Source: Camelus dromedarius | Taxonomy: Eukaryota | Assembly: GCF_036321535.1 (NCBI RefSeq) | Contig: NC_087437.1 | Span: 53,198,001-53,262,000, forward strand | DNA: 64,000 bases | Direction: 5' to 3' | Shown: one piece after another, positions 11,287 through 23,779 of the stretch | Layout of the letters: every line of letters starts with the position of its first letter | How positions within the stretch are numbered: the first letter of the stretch is position 1 | The notes under the pieces: generated by a model | What the model saw: the letters and a program-made list of their open reading frames with translations, nothing else | The model's database searches: none | Told to the model about the DNA's origin: nothing | Made by a program: the position numbers and the translations under genes

Positions 11287-14057
11287 GGACAACATCACTT
11301 GCCCCTAATGGGATGTGGATTAGCTCCAAATGGAATATGGATCAGAAAGATGCTCCCATTATTATAAGACCATGGGGGCCTCCAGACCAGGAAACCCTGA
11401 GCCAAATCCTGGTTGTTGAATGTTAAGGAAGATATAATTGGGCAGAAGGATTTAGTAGCAGGTGGAAATTTACAGGAAGCCAGATTAAAAAAAAAGAGGC
11501 TCAATCTAGATATTAAAAGGCTTGATATGGAATATGATCAGCTATAAAATTATTAACATCCTGAAGAGAATGCATTGATGTTTGTTTGCAAAATGCCAGA
11601 GTGTAGAGGCAGACCCAGTGAAGCTTAAAAGAGCGTACATAATAGATCCTAAAGCGATGAATCTCATTGCCCCAAGAGGAGATCAAGAATGATCATTTCA
11701 ACAATTTCATGTAAAAATTAGCTAATAAGCTTTTGGGCTCAACCATCCATTGATTTAAAGATGCTTTTAGGATAATATCGTGGAAGGAAGGGCTGTTTGC
11801 CCTCTTGATCTCAGGAAGCCAATAGCCAAACAAATTGTCTTTCACATTCTACCAGATCATAAAAAGTAGTAACTTTTATGTTGAGTTCTGAGGAATCTCA
11901 TACTGTCACAGCAGGTACAGTTTGTCGTGTCTAAAATTTACACTTGGTGAAAATGGTTTTCTGCAGATTTACTTTCCCCATGCCAGTCCTTCAGGGCTGG
12001 TCCTAACAAAATGAGCAGTCAGCTCCCAAGGTGATACCCTCCCCTTGCAGAGGTGGTTCTGGCTTTCTATGCAAAGAAAGGAAATCCTAAGTGTCCTATT
12101 CGTTAGCTGGACATTCTGTGTTAATTACACTCCTGACCTCAATGAAATATTTAGATAGTTATAATGAGCACCCAAGTGAATTATTACAGTCTCACTCAGA
12201 ATCTAAAAGAATATCATATGTCAGGCAACTAACAATAAAAGTAAAATTTGAAATTTCACTTTAAAAAACGCTTGTTTTTCCCTTGAGGGAATGACAAGGC
12301 TACATGACCAACAGAAGACACTGATGCAAACAGTTTGGTGGTACAGTCATTGGAAATTTACAATAACAATGTCCTATTGCATTTTTAGAACTTTGCAAGG
12401 TAATTGTGATTGGTGTAGTTAGACTCATTGAATGAGTTAAGTGTTCAAAATGATCCTTCTGTGGAATCCTTTTGAGAAAGTCCCGATGGTCTGCTGAAAA
12501 GTTAAGGGCTGCTTAAAGGCTTGGTGCCTGGGCAGTACTTGGTCAGTGGTGGAAGTGGCTGCAAAAAAACCCGCAAGTAGAACATGGTCTCAGGTGGGTC
12601 ACATCTCTGTGGCTCTGCTAAGCTGGCTTTCTGTAGTGCTACACCTGAGCACATGGCTGTCCTGAGAGCTGTCTCTGTATAATTTGTAACTCTAAAAATG
12701 AAGTTTCTGAAAGCAAAGTGTGTTTCTCCAGTATGTCTTTATCCTTGGTCTGTGCTAAGGGCATGGAGTACAAAGTAACAGATCCAGGTCTGTTTTAAGT
12801 ATCGTATCATAAGTCTAATTCCAAGCCTAGCTGGCTACTTATGTTCCCAACAAAGAGAAGGAAAAGACAGGGAGCAGATACAACCTGAGCTCAGCTAAAG
12901 GAGACACAAGGAGAGATGACATAACTTTGGGGGCCAACTACAGACAGTAGAATGGCTGCTGTGATCCTCTTTGAAGCGAAAACATGTAAGACTCCTTTCA
13001 ATTTGCTTACAATCTGCATATGCCCAGCAAACCAACTGAGTAATTTACCTGTGTTCTCACTTGAGGGGTATCTTCTAAGAATTCCAGGCTTTATTCTTTG
13101 GCAGGGCTGATATTCAGCCAACAGACATGGGCAAAGCTGCCCCAGCTGTTAAAAATATTGAAAATATTTTTGTACCCTTTGGAAACCAACTGTTACCTGA
13201 GCCATCCTGAGCGCTGCCAGCACTACCCCATCTGTCCTGGCTCCTCCACTGGGACCCACAGACTCCTGCGCACTTCAGCAACTGCAGGGTGAATGTTTGG
13301 CTCAGAAGGGCCTTGCTCCAGCACTGCCGTGTCCCTTCTCTGCTGATTGTTGGATATTTCCATTATCCTCTCTGTTCTCAGACAGCAGTCATAAGTGACA
13401 CTGGTTACCCAAGGAGGAAGTTGTTAAAAAGTAACCCAGTGCAGGATGACAAGAGAGATGGATAGAGATGGAAGAAGAGACGACCCCAAGGTTTCCTGGG
13501 GATGGTGAGCAAGGAGCTCTTAGTTCTGAGGGGTCTTGGGCAGACTATGTGAAGAAGGATTCTCCTTGGTCCTGGGTGGTACCGCAGTTCCCATTGGCTA
13601 CCTCTAGGAGATGCTGGGAAGAAAAACAGATCACAGCTGAGAAGCAATAAGAACCCTAGAGGAGGAAAGTCCCATGCAAATCATGCAAGAGTATTAAAAA
13701 TAGAAAAAGAAAATTATTCCAAACCACAAGTGTATTTTCAGACTGCCAAGGTCCTGAACTCCTGTTTCTTATGCACCTCCATGTGAATGGAGCTCTTACC
13801 AAAGTCAGAGGGAATTTAGCCCAACTGAGGGACATATAAAGGAGGTTAAGGGAACAGTTCCAGATGGATAGTATAAAAATGCAGAAAGAACATATAGTTC
13901 CTTTAAAGAGTAAATGCCATCAAAGGCCCCAATTTAGAACATGTATGTGTGCCCTCAGAGCTGACTGCACTTACAATACGTCCCTCTGGAGTAGGATATA
14001 AAATTTGGCCATGCGATAAGATTTCACTCATTTAACATGTACTTAAATTTGAGAGAT

Positions 14058-14257
14058 TTTCCTTAATCAGTTTGGGCTGCTATAACACAAATACCATAGA
14101 TAGGTGGCTTAAATGACAAACAGTTACTTCTCACAATTTCGGAGGCTGAAAGTCCAAGACTGAGGCACCAATATGGTTGGTTTCTTGCTGAGGGCCTTCT
14201 TGCTGTATCCCCACGTGGTGGAGAGGGAGGGAGTGGGGGAGAGAGAGAGAGAGAGCA

Positions 14258-14325
<68 letters not shown>

Positions 14326-14500
14326 CACGCTTTCTGACCTCTTATTATCAGGGAAATAATTTCATCATGGGGGCCCCACCCTCATGACCTCATCTAAACA
14401 TAATTACCTCCCAAAGCCTCCACCTCCAAGTACTATCCTATTGGGGATTAGGGGCTTCAACACATGAAGTTTGGGGGGACACAAACATTCAGTCCATAGT
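14058..14500 (-). mobile_element. MLT1A-like MaLR LTR with an internal (GA)n expansion
   Basis: gggctgctataacacaaataccatagataggtggcttaa...ggaggctgaaagtccaag...ccccaccctcatgacctcatctaa...ggggacacaaacattcagtccatag. Confidence 0.85.
14239..14321. repeat. (GA)n microsatellite
   Basis: About 80 bp GA run with a short interruption near 14256-14263. Confidence 0.95.
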
Positions 14501-16554
14501 GGGACTTGATAGAATTTGAATGAGGAATGTCTTGTTTCCCAGGTATTGGCACAGTGAGCTGGGGCGTCGTGGGTGTGGGCAAAGGGTAACCAGTGGAAGG
14601 GAAGCATGATGGGGGCCCACCCAGGAGTGTTTAACACCGCCAACAGACTTGCTGGCCCTTGATGACAGCAGAAAGCAAATTAGCTTTAAGTCATTTTCGT
14701 GATTGATCTCACACTCTCTGCGGACAGCGTATGCCTTTATTTACTGCACCAGGTGGGCCACTCCCACAGCTAATACCACCGCCCCACTGCCCAGCAGATC
14801 CCTGCACCAGGGGGTACAGTTCTGCTTCAAGTTTCTGAACACCTATCACATTTGTCCTGAGAGCAAAAGTCTGAGAAGCTTTCTTGGAATAAGTGGACTG
14901 ACGATGGCCAAGTCAGGAAGAGGCAGGGGGAGTGCAGGGAACTTGGGTCTTGACTGCTCTAAGGGCGCCACTCCCACAGGAGTGGGGAGGAACAGGCTCT
15001 TCCGTGGCCCTCCCGGTCAGTTCCTGGTGACTGCAGCATCACAGGAAGCCCAGCCTGTGTCCTCCAGTTGCCAGGGCGATTTAAAAATAGCTTCTGCAGC
15101 CAGGGAAGGGGGTGGGCAGGGAAAGAAGGAAGATAAGTGACCTTTTGTAGGAAAAGTACAGGCAATGAATCCTGCCTAGACTTAATCTGGAGTGAAGGGT
15201 CTCTGATGCTTGCCTTAAGGACAGCCCTTCTGTCTGGGGTCTGCTGTGAGCTCTTTTTGGGAAGGACCCAGCTGCCTCTGGAGAAGGCCCTGTTTACTCC
15301 TTGGACCAGAGGCCAGGAGGACACTGGCAGTCTCTGCAGAGGAAGAAGAAACGGTCTGTGCTCAGGTTCGGAATGACTATTCTGCCTAGAAGAGGAGGGA
15401 GGGCTTTGCAGATCAGGCCTTGTGCACACAGCAGGCCCGTTGGGAAGGGGCTGTGAGAAGGGGCTGTGTGCAGGGGTAGAAACCTGGGACTCTGCTGGGC
15501 CCAGGGCCAGGGATACACTCATCAACTTTGTGCCCTAGGAATTCCCATTTTGGTGTCTACACAAATGGGCTGGTGTCCTGTGTGGGGTAATACCAGCCAG
15601 ACCCCTCAGGCAGACCCCACCCTAACGTTAGGATATTTCCCCATTCAATAGGTTTGAGACCAAGGATCTCAATAAACTGATCAGCCGATTTGGAAAATTA
15701 CTTGGTGGGTGTCCCAGGAATCGGCTATGGTTAAATCATTCTCCATTTCCCTTTTCTCCACTTAAGACATTTTACCTCCCCATCATCAGGCTTTTGGAGG
15801 AAATCAAAAGCAGTTCTTTTTTCAGAAAAAGAATCAAGACCCTTGGATTAAACTGTGAGAGAAACTTCCTTGTTAAGCCATTTTGACCCCTCAAAGAAGC
15901 CATCAAAGTGAACTGTCGTATTCCATTTCTTGGGATGTTGTAAAGCCATTAGAAAAATCATAGAAGAATAATTAGAAACATGTGAAAGTGTTCACAATGA
16001 AGTAAGAAAAACAGGTTAGCCAAAGCATATGTACATCTCAATGTTTAAATTAGATATATGTATGTAAATATTATATCTGTAATGCATTATACATATAATA
16101 TAATTAAACATACATACATAATTATATGTATATATAAAAATACACATGTGATGTCAGATTATTTCTGGATAATTCAATTATAGTAATTTTTTTCTTTCAT
16201 ATGATTTTCTTTATATTTCATATTTTCCACATGGGACGTTAAAAAAAATCCTAATGTGATTTTTTAAAATGCATGTTATCCAGGAGAAAGTTACATGTTC
16301 TTTCCTTAGACAAGTCTTCTGACCAGCCTGACAAAATCCCACCTCAGGCAAGGCCTTCGTGCGACTTCTGCTCCTAGACTTCAGTTCCTTCTCTAAAATG
16401 AGGAGTTAAATTTGATGAACTCTAAGCCTCTTTCTGGCTCTGGGATTTGACAAGAGTTGTTTGGAGGTAAATACTTTGCTGCTGAAGCATTTGGATGCAC
16501 CCAAACCCCACCTGCCCTCTGAAATCTTTGACGTGGTATGAACTAAATGTCTAG

Positions 16555-16870
16555 GATCCAGGCACCTGCTGGAGGCCCGAGGACTGTATCCAGCCTGCAG
16601 AGATGGTTTGTTTGGCTCACAGTGTTAAAAGGGCATAGACATTTTTAAAAAGAAAATTAATTTATTTACCAATATTTAAAAATACACGCATTTTGAATTT
16701 TTAAAAATCTGTATTTCTGGATTCTCTTGGAAAAATCATAAAAATCTGGCAGCACTGGCAGCTGCCATGGCAGCTCATGGGAACAACTTGCTGGATCTGG
16801 GTGGTGGCTGCCACTTATGAAGGCAGTGTGGTCTCTCCAGGTGCCCACAGTTGCCATCAGTCCCTACTGA
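16555..16870 (-). mobile_element. MER102-like hAT-Charlie element
   Basis: ggcccgaggactgtatccagcctgcagagatggtttgtttggctcacagtgtt ... aaaaatctgtatttctggattctcttggaaaaatcataaaaatctggcagcactgg. Confidence 0.7.
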
Positions 16871-17504
16871 CTCAGGACTCGGACTCAGGACTCTTAATTT
16901 GAATGGTAATTTGCATACTCATTTGCTCCTAGGAGTGAAGCCCTGGCTACCTACCACTAGCCTTCCTCTTGTGCAGCCTCATTCCTAGTCCTGATGTCTC
17001 CTCAGACTGTGTCTGAGGAGGTTTATCTTAGTCCCACTTCTCACTTAGGAGAGGACTCGGCAGATATCTCCATGGAGACAGAAAAGGGATTCCGGGCTCC
17101 CCTTGCAAATCACTTTTGACACTCAGTTTAAAACACAAGAGCGTATTTTTCATGTGCCAACTATCCAAAGACAGAATCTTCATCCTGTTTATTTATACTA
17201 TGGGTTTGGATAAGTTGCCAATAAATACAGAGATGGCAGTTTCTAAAGATATGTGGTGGGAGGGTGGTAAGAAGTGTCTACTCATCTCCTCCTTATCTCT
17301 ACTCTCAGCCAGGCCTGTCTATCCTCGAGTCTCTACCCCTTTAATATTTCTGTTCCTCTGATGATTCTGTCTTTAGCCAAAGAAAACACGTTATAGAGTA
17401 AGATAGGTGGTTCAAAACTAAGTCAAGAACAGTCAATTAACAAAATAAATAACTTGAGGAAAATAATAAGCTACACATGTTTTGTTTAGAAATGGGGATA
17501 ACCA

Positions 17505-17772
17505 CACCCAGATAGAGACCTAACTGAGGTTACCTGTGGGGAAAGGAAAAGGTAGAGGGGTAAGATAAGGGTAGGGGGTTAAGAGATAACAAACTACTAT
17601 GTATAAAATAAATAAGCTACAAGGATATACTGTACAACACAAGGAATATGGCCTATATTTTATAATAACTATAAACTATAAATAACTGTAACTTTAAAAA
17701 TTGTGAATCACTATGTTGTACTCCTGAAGCTTATATAGTATTGTACATCAACTATGCCTCAATTGAAAAAAA
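17505..17772 (+). mobile_element. 5'-truncated L1 3' end (laurasiatherian type)
   Basis: caaactactatgtataaaataaataagctacaaggatatactgtacaacac...gaatcactatgttgtactcctgaa...catcaactatgcctcaattgaaaaaa; degenerate TSD agaaat..ataacca. Confidence 0.85.
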
Positions 17773-17777
17773 GAAAT

Positions 17778-17911
17778 AGAATAACCATATAACTTGTCAT
17801 CCAAACCAGGACACTTTGGAGAGTGAGAGGGGGTGCTAACCAGACAGGACCCTGAGACTACAGGCATAAATTGGAACTGTCCCAGGAAAACTGGTTTTTA
17901 TGGTCATCCTG
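17778..17911. mobile_element. MER94-like hAT-Blackjack MITE
   Basis: taaccatataacttgtcatccaaaccaggacactttggagagtgagaggggg...ctgtcccaggaaaactgg...tatggtcatcctg. Confidence 0.7.
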
Positions 17912-18404
17912 TTTAAAAATCAGATGTATTCGTTCAGACAGTCTCGGGCAAAGGTTTTCATTCATGGCAAGGCTGGATGCTTCACAGCGAAATATTTTGA
18001 GCTACTTATAGCAAAACCTGCTGTAAGGGAGTTAGAGGTTGTAGACTACCAGGAGAAATTTCTAGGTGACTACAGGCAGTCCCCCACTTTTATTGTTGTA
18101 TATTTACCTGTTTATTTAAGGCTGTGTAAAATTCATCTCTTAGCTCTCACCTCTACTCTTATTTTGACCTTTTTGTCCCAAAATGTCAAACAGGTTAAAG
18201 TAGTCAAAACACCTGTTATGCTGGTACTTAAGATCATAGGGAGGCAGCAACAGGCTGGGGAGGAGGAAGCTCTCACGGATGCTGGTAGAAGCAATAATCA
18301 TGTACCATTTGAGCATCTATCATGGGCCAGACCTCATTCAAAGGCAGAGGAAACTGACATGTAAGACACATACACCATAAACAATCCTAACTCTAGCCCT
18401 GTAG

Positions 18405-18812
18405 GGTAAGTTAATCAGTATGCTAACTTCTGTAACAAATAAACCCAAAGTCTCAGTGACTTCACACAATTAAGGTTTAATTCTTGCTCATATCATAGTC
18501 CCCTATAAGTCAAGAGGCTCTCCTGAGCAGGTGCCCTCCAGGTGGTGACTCAGAGATTCAGGCTCCTTCTGTCATCATCTGCCAACTCAGATGCCTTCCC
18601 TTCTAACCAGGTGATCAAGGGGAGAAAAAATATAGATGATTATACTGGGCCCTTTTGGCCAGGCCTGAAATTGGTAATCATCACATCCATCCAGTTATAT
18701 TGGCCAGAACTAGTCATGTAGCCCTGATCTAACTGCAAGGGAAACTGGGAAGTGGAGTCTTTCTTGATGCCAGGAAGAGATTAGTGAGCATCTGGCAAGC
18801 CTCTGCCAACAT
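18405..18812 (-). mobile_element. MLT1K/L-like MaLR LTR inserted into a MIR (flanks about 18290-18405 and 18815-18945)
   Basis: ctgtaacaaataaacccaaagtctcagtgacttcacacaa...attggccagaactagtcatgtagccc...taactgcaagggaaactgggaagt. Confidence 0.75.
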
Positions 18813-18949
18813 TGCTGTAGTCACCCCTTTACCAACAGATTAAGGCTCAGAAAGATTGATAACATATTCAAGGATCAAGCAGCTAACGTTGCAGCAGTTG
18901 GGATTTAACTTAGGTGTGCCTAACTCCAAAGCCCAAGTTCTTTCCAAAG

Positions 18950-20842
18950 TATTTGTTTGAGTACCTATTTTCAATTATTTTGGATTTAATTTAGGAGTAT
19001 AGTGCTGGGTCATGTAATACTGTTTAATTCTTGAGCAACTGCCAAACTGTTTTCCACAGCAGTTGCCCCATTTTACATTATCATCAACAATGTGTGAGGG
19101 TCTCAGTTTCTCCATATTCTTACCAACACTTGTTATTTCCCACTGTCTCTATTATGGCTATCCTAGTGGTATAAAGTGATATCTCATTGTGGTTTTGAAC
19201 TGCGTTTCCCTAGTGACTTAGGATGTTGAGTATCTCTTTATGTGCTCATTGGCCATTTGTATATAGTCTTTGGAAAAATGTCTCATTAAGTCCTTCGTCC
19301 ATTTTTAAATTGAGTTATTCATCTTTTTGTTATTGAGTAGTAAGGACTCTTTAGATAATCTAGATACTAGAACTTTATGAGATATGTGACTTGCAAATAT
19401 TTTCTCCCATTCTGTAGGTTATCTTTTCACTTTTCTATCTTGGCACCTTTTCTTGAGAATTTCTCAAGCTCAGAAGTGCCATCTATTAATAAGCCCAACA
19501 AAGGCATTCTTCATTTCTATTATAATGTTTTTGATCTGTAACATTGCTCTTTGGTCCTTTCTTAGAATTTCCATCTCTGCTTATATTGCCCTTCTGTTCT
19601 TGCATGTTGCCTACTATGTCTATTAGAACACTTAGTGTATTAATCTTGGTTGTTTTAAATTCCCAGTCTGATAATTCCAATATCCTTGCCATATTTGAGT
19701 CTGGTTTTAACGCCTGCTTTGTCCATTCAAACTGTGTTCTTTGCCCTAGTATGCCTTGTAGTTTTTTCTTGATACCTGGGCACAATGTACTGAGTTAAAG
19801 GAGCTGCTGTATAAACCTTTAGTAATGTGGGGGTAAGCTATGGGGGAGGGGAAGCATTCTACAGTGCAGTGTTTAGGTCTCAGAGTCTTTTAGTGAGCCT
19901 ATACCTATGGATGTGAACTTAACACATATTTCTCAGTGTCCTCCTTCCCCCTTAGATGGGACCGGATGGTTAGAGTGAGCTAGAGTCGAGTATTTCCCTT
20001 CCCCCAGGTCAGTTAAGCTCTGATAAAATCCTAGCAGGGTTGGCTCTGGTTAAATAGTTTCTCCTAAGGGCCAGCGTGGTTAAGAAGAACAGAAGGCTCT
20101 GCTATATTTCAAAATGGTTCCTTTTCTCTTCCTCTAGCTGAAAGCACGAGAAGATTTTTCCTCCAATATTCACCGTTGAGGGCTTGGTTCAGCTCTTGGA
20201 GGTCAAACTCACAAAAGCGTGGGGTGGGTATGACTGGGACCCCTGGAGTTTTTAACTCTCAGGGTTGTCCACATTGAGCCTCCAGCAATTTGTCAACTAC
20301 AGTTCTGGTTTTCTTTCCCCTACACTGGTTCTCATGGAGGCTTTGTTTGTGGATTTCTGCTCTAGTAAGTTGTGATCCTCTGGATTTGCCTGTCAGTCTC
20401 TCCAGTTTGGAGTCTAGCAGTTTGCCCTGCAACCTCACTTCTCTTATGGATCTAAAAAGATTTGTTTCTTATTCAGTTTGTTCAGCACTTTACCTGTTGT
20501 TGGGAGAGTGGTGACTTCCAGACCTCTTACATGCTGAACCAGAAACCGAGCTCTTTTCACTTTCTTGATCATGTTCTTTGATGTACAAAAGTTTTTAATT
20601 TTGATGAAGTTCAGTTTATCTATTTTTCTCTTTTTCTGCTCATGCTTTTTGTGTCATATCTAAGAATCCATTGCCAAATCCAAAGTCATGAAGATTTCCC
20701 CCTGTTTTCTCCTAAGAGTTTGAGAATTTTAGCTCTTATATTTAGTTCATTGACCCATTTTGAGTTAATTTTTGTATATTGCATGAGGTAGGGGATCCAA
20801 CTTCAATCTTTTGCATATAGATATCCAGTTGTCCCAGCAGTG
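18950..20842 (-). mobile_element. L1 ORF2 C-terminal / 3' fragment (host), split by an insert at 19437-20551
   Basis: aactgccaaactgtttccacagc, ttgcaaatattttctcccattctgtaggtt, resuming at tcttttcactttcttgatcatgttctttgatgtacaaaagtttttaattttgatgaagt. Confidence 0.85.
19437..20551 (-). mobile_element. L1 5' end (5'UTR plus start of ORF1 region, L1MC/MD-like) nested in another L1
   Basis: Minus ORF 19486-19785 contains the L1 ORF1-like segment MARILELSDWEFKTTKINTL. Flanked by a duplicated tcttttcacttt. Confidence 0.7.
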
Positions 20843-20959
20843 AGTGCATATCTTTTAATTATCTGTTTGCTTAAAAAAAAAAAAACTCTAGGAATATGTT
20901 ATCTATCAAAACTTTAAACTCACACTTCAAATAGGAAAGAAATAATCCCTGTAGACAGA

Positions 20960-21205
20960 TATTGATAATGTGGTTAAGATTGTGAACTCAGATTCAGAAC
21001 TGCTTGTGTTGGAATCCAGGCTTGTCCACATACAAGCTGATTGATGCTGGGCACGTTTCTTAAACTTTCTGTCTCAGTTTCCTCATACATAAAACAGGCT
21101 AATAATAGTACCTGTTTCACAGAGTTATTATGAGAATTAGGTGAATGAATGAATACATGTAGAGTACAGTGCCTGGCTGTTAGTAAGCCCTATATGAGTA
21201 CTGTT
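20960..21205 (+). mobile_element. MIR SINE
   Basis: tgtggttaagattgtgaactc...ctgggcacgtttcttaaactttctgtctcagtttcctcatacataaaacagg...acagagttattatgagaattag. Confidence 0.8.
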
Positions 21206-21639
21206 AAAACAATTGAATAAATAAATTTTGAATATTCCAAATAAATTTCAAATATTCCAACCAGGGTCCATTCCTTAGGCATTAACTTTACCAGACAAGC
21301 AGGACCTGAGTGTAGGGAACTGGAAACAAAAATACTGAAAGTGATCAGTAGCCTACTGTGAGGGGAGAAACCTCAACCCTCCTTCCCGATTCCCTGGCAC
21401 AGAACTGCCATTAGCCTTGGGCAAGAGGGCTTCTATCCTGGTCCCATGCTTTACAGGGACCCACATATCACAAGCATACATACAAAATACATTTATAGAG
21501 AAACACGTGGCTGCCTGTTGCCAGCGCAGCATAACCCGCAACCCTAATGTCCACTGCAATGACTAACATAGGAAAGCATGTTTTCACTTCTCTTGTCCTG
21601 TGTTTTTGAAACAAAAGGCCACTGTGTTCAAATGTGGGG

Positions 21640-22990
21640 AGGCTGTGTGGGTGGTTGTGCGACTGCTACCTCTGAGATGGACACCCCTTGAGATGTGGGG
21701 ACATTTGCACAGGTAGAAGTGCTCAAATAAGAGAAAAGGCACATTGATTAACTTGTGAAACTCTCCTATGGAGCATCTTATATTTTACATACAATAGAAT
21801 GAAGTATCTATTTCCAGTGGTGCTAAGCAGCCACTTTCTTTTTGAGTTCCAATTCATAGTTGCAGAAAGTGTCGCAAAATTAATGCTCTATTCAAAACAA
21901 TTACGCAAGATGCCCGAGGAGCATTTTACAATATTAAACCTCTCATATCACTACTAACTGTGTGTGTGCATGTCTACACAAATATATTTGAAGCTTGGTA
22001 ATGATTCTTTACATTGGCAATTAAATGGACAATGAACACTGGAATTGTAAATAGTTTTGTTGTATAAACTAATAATAATATTTAATTAAAATTTAAAAAT
22101 TAAGTAAAAGTTGTTTCAGCTTTGTTCAAATATTTCATTAACTATTTAAACTATATTTTATTAAATATTTAAAACACTGATAGTCTACTCATAATTTGTA
22201 TTTTGTATTTTTGAATAATTTTGAATATTTTAAGAAAAAACATTGGAAATATATATGGAGAATAATTTTATTTTTTTATCTTTTACATTTACTTTATATT
22301 TTTATTAAATGTATTCAATGTTGAGTAATTTCAATATGATTACATTTTAAATTTTAATCCTTTAGATCAGTGCAGTCTAATAAAACTTTATGCAGTGATG
22401 GAAATGGTCTATATCTGTGCTGTTTAATATGCTAACCACTAACCACATGTGGCTATTGAACACCTGAAATGCAAGGTGCAACAGGAATTTAATTTTTAAT
22501 TTTATGTAATATCAATTAATTTAAATTTAAATAGCCACATTTAGCTGGTGGCCATCATACTGGACTTCGATCATACTTTCCCTAGAACACAAATTACATG
22601 AAAATTACATGGGTATAACTACATAATTAGTGACTTTGCTAGAAAAAAGGCAAAAAATAAATTTTATTTAAAAAATAGCAATTTATGAATTACAAATGTC
22701 TTACTAATTACTCATCCAAACATCACAGATCCACCAACAGAACACCCAGCATATGCAATAATAATTATGTTCAGTCATCTTTGATATTTTGTTAACTTTC
22801 AGTCAATTAGAAACCATCAACTTTACACAGTTGTTCTTTTTAATTGTTATGAAGATATATTTGTCAAGGAAGGAAGATAGAAAGTATGTCACTCAACTGT
22901 GATTTCTAAATTTTAAATGTAAGCATATGCTGTGTAGGTGTCTATTTGACCCGTTCTCTCACACTCACAAGTGTCTAGGCTGAGCCTGCC
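21640..22990. mobile_element. Arthur1-like hAT-Tip100 DNA transposon fossil
   Basis: AT-rich interior. The end taagcatatgctgtgtaggtgtctatttgacccgttctctcacactcacaagtgtctaggctgagcctg resembles the recalled Arthur1 terminus. Left boundary uncertain. Confidence 0.5.
22368..22566. mobile_element. MER3 hAT-Charlie MITE
   Basis: cagtgcagtctaataaaactttatgcagtgatggaaatggtctatatctgtgctg...ccacatgtggctattgaacacctgaaatg...aaatagccacatttagctggtggcc. Confidence 0.85.
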
Positions 22991-23779
22991 CAGACTTCAG
23001 TTGTCCACCTGTAAGGGCAGCAGTACCATGCAGTGGTCACTGCATGCCAGCCCCCGGAATACCACCCCACCGGGCTTCTCCTAGTACCAGTCCCCACCTG
23101 CCCATCTCCAGCTCCGCCTAAGCCCACTGTTGACTGCAAGCTGCACTTCGAATCCTGCAGGGGCCCTTCCCATCTATCTAATATTTACTGTCAGTCAAAG
23201 AGAACAGCTCTCTTTCTCTCTTTCTCTCTCGGGGCACAGTCAGGGAGCATCCTGACCCACAAAATAGCTACAAGCCACCATGCCTTTGAGCAGCAATCTT
23301 TTAATAGTCCCCTCTATATCACATGGGCAATTTGTGTACCCATTCCGGAAGGTGAAAAGTTCTCATGGATTCCTAGTGTTGAGTTAAATTATTTTTATTA
23401 CAATTTCACATAAATATGCACGTTAAAAAGTATAAACTCTTTGTGCCTATAGTACTAACTCTACTATAAAGCTCAAATAAGCTCTTTAGATTAAATGCAA
23501 ACAAAACTGCAAAATCAATCAAAATAAAACTAACAACACTAATTTAATGTGATAATTTTACAGCAACTAAGTTGCCAATGTTGAGTTAAACTGTAAACAG
23601 TTATATCTTAGTGTCAGGTTTTTTGGGTTTTTTTACTTATTGTGTTTCTATTTTTCAAATTTAATAATGCAGAAAATGCTGTATGCAAAATCATATTAAA
23701 AATGATCTCTATTTCTTAGTCAGAGAATCAGGACTCATATTTAGTCAAAGCTCTGTCCTAGAGCACTAGTTTTTTAAAA

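Larger units (their letters stand above)
10355..12500 (+). mobile_element. Highly decayed CR1-clade LINE ORF2 remnant (endonuclease and RT motifs)
   Basis: Hand translation gives INDRHLNV*MSKLKCWRANENFDLG, PPDQ, KDLVAGGNL, NDH, AKKG..VSWT, FEKVP..LLK and RLNDVIIETCNIIYG. These resemble CR1 ORF2 motifs across frameshifts and stops. Confidence 0.45.

Noticed and set aside
14131..14328. Ser/Leu-repeat ORF
   Set aside because: It is the translation of the (GA)n microsatellite.
14703..15525. Longest ORFs (145 aa + and 188 aa -)
   Set aside because: They overlap on both strands in GC-rich DNA, are Ser/Pro/Gly/Arg-rich, and show no recognisable domain or exon structure. Consistent with chance.
17900..18364. 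154-aa + strand ORF
   Set aside because: Starts inside a MER94-like end, finishes in a MIR, and resembles no protein I recognise.
23000..23770. GC-rich to AT-rich segment that may be another DNA transposon fossil
   Set aside because: I could not identify its termini or family with enough confidence.
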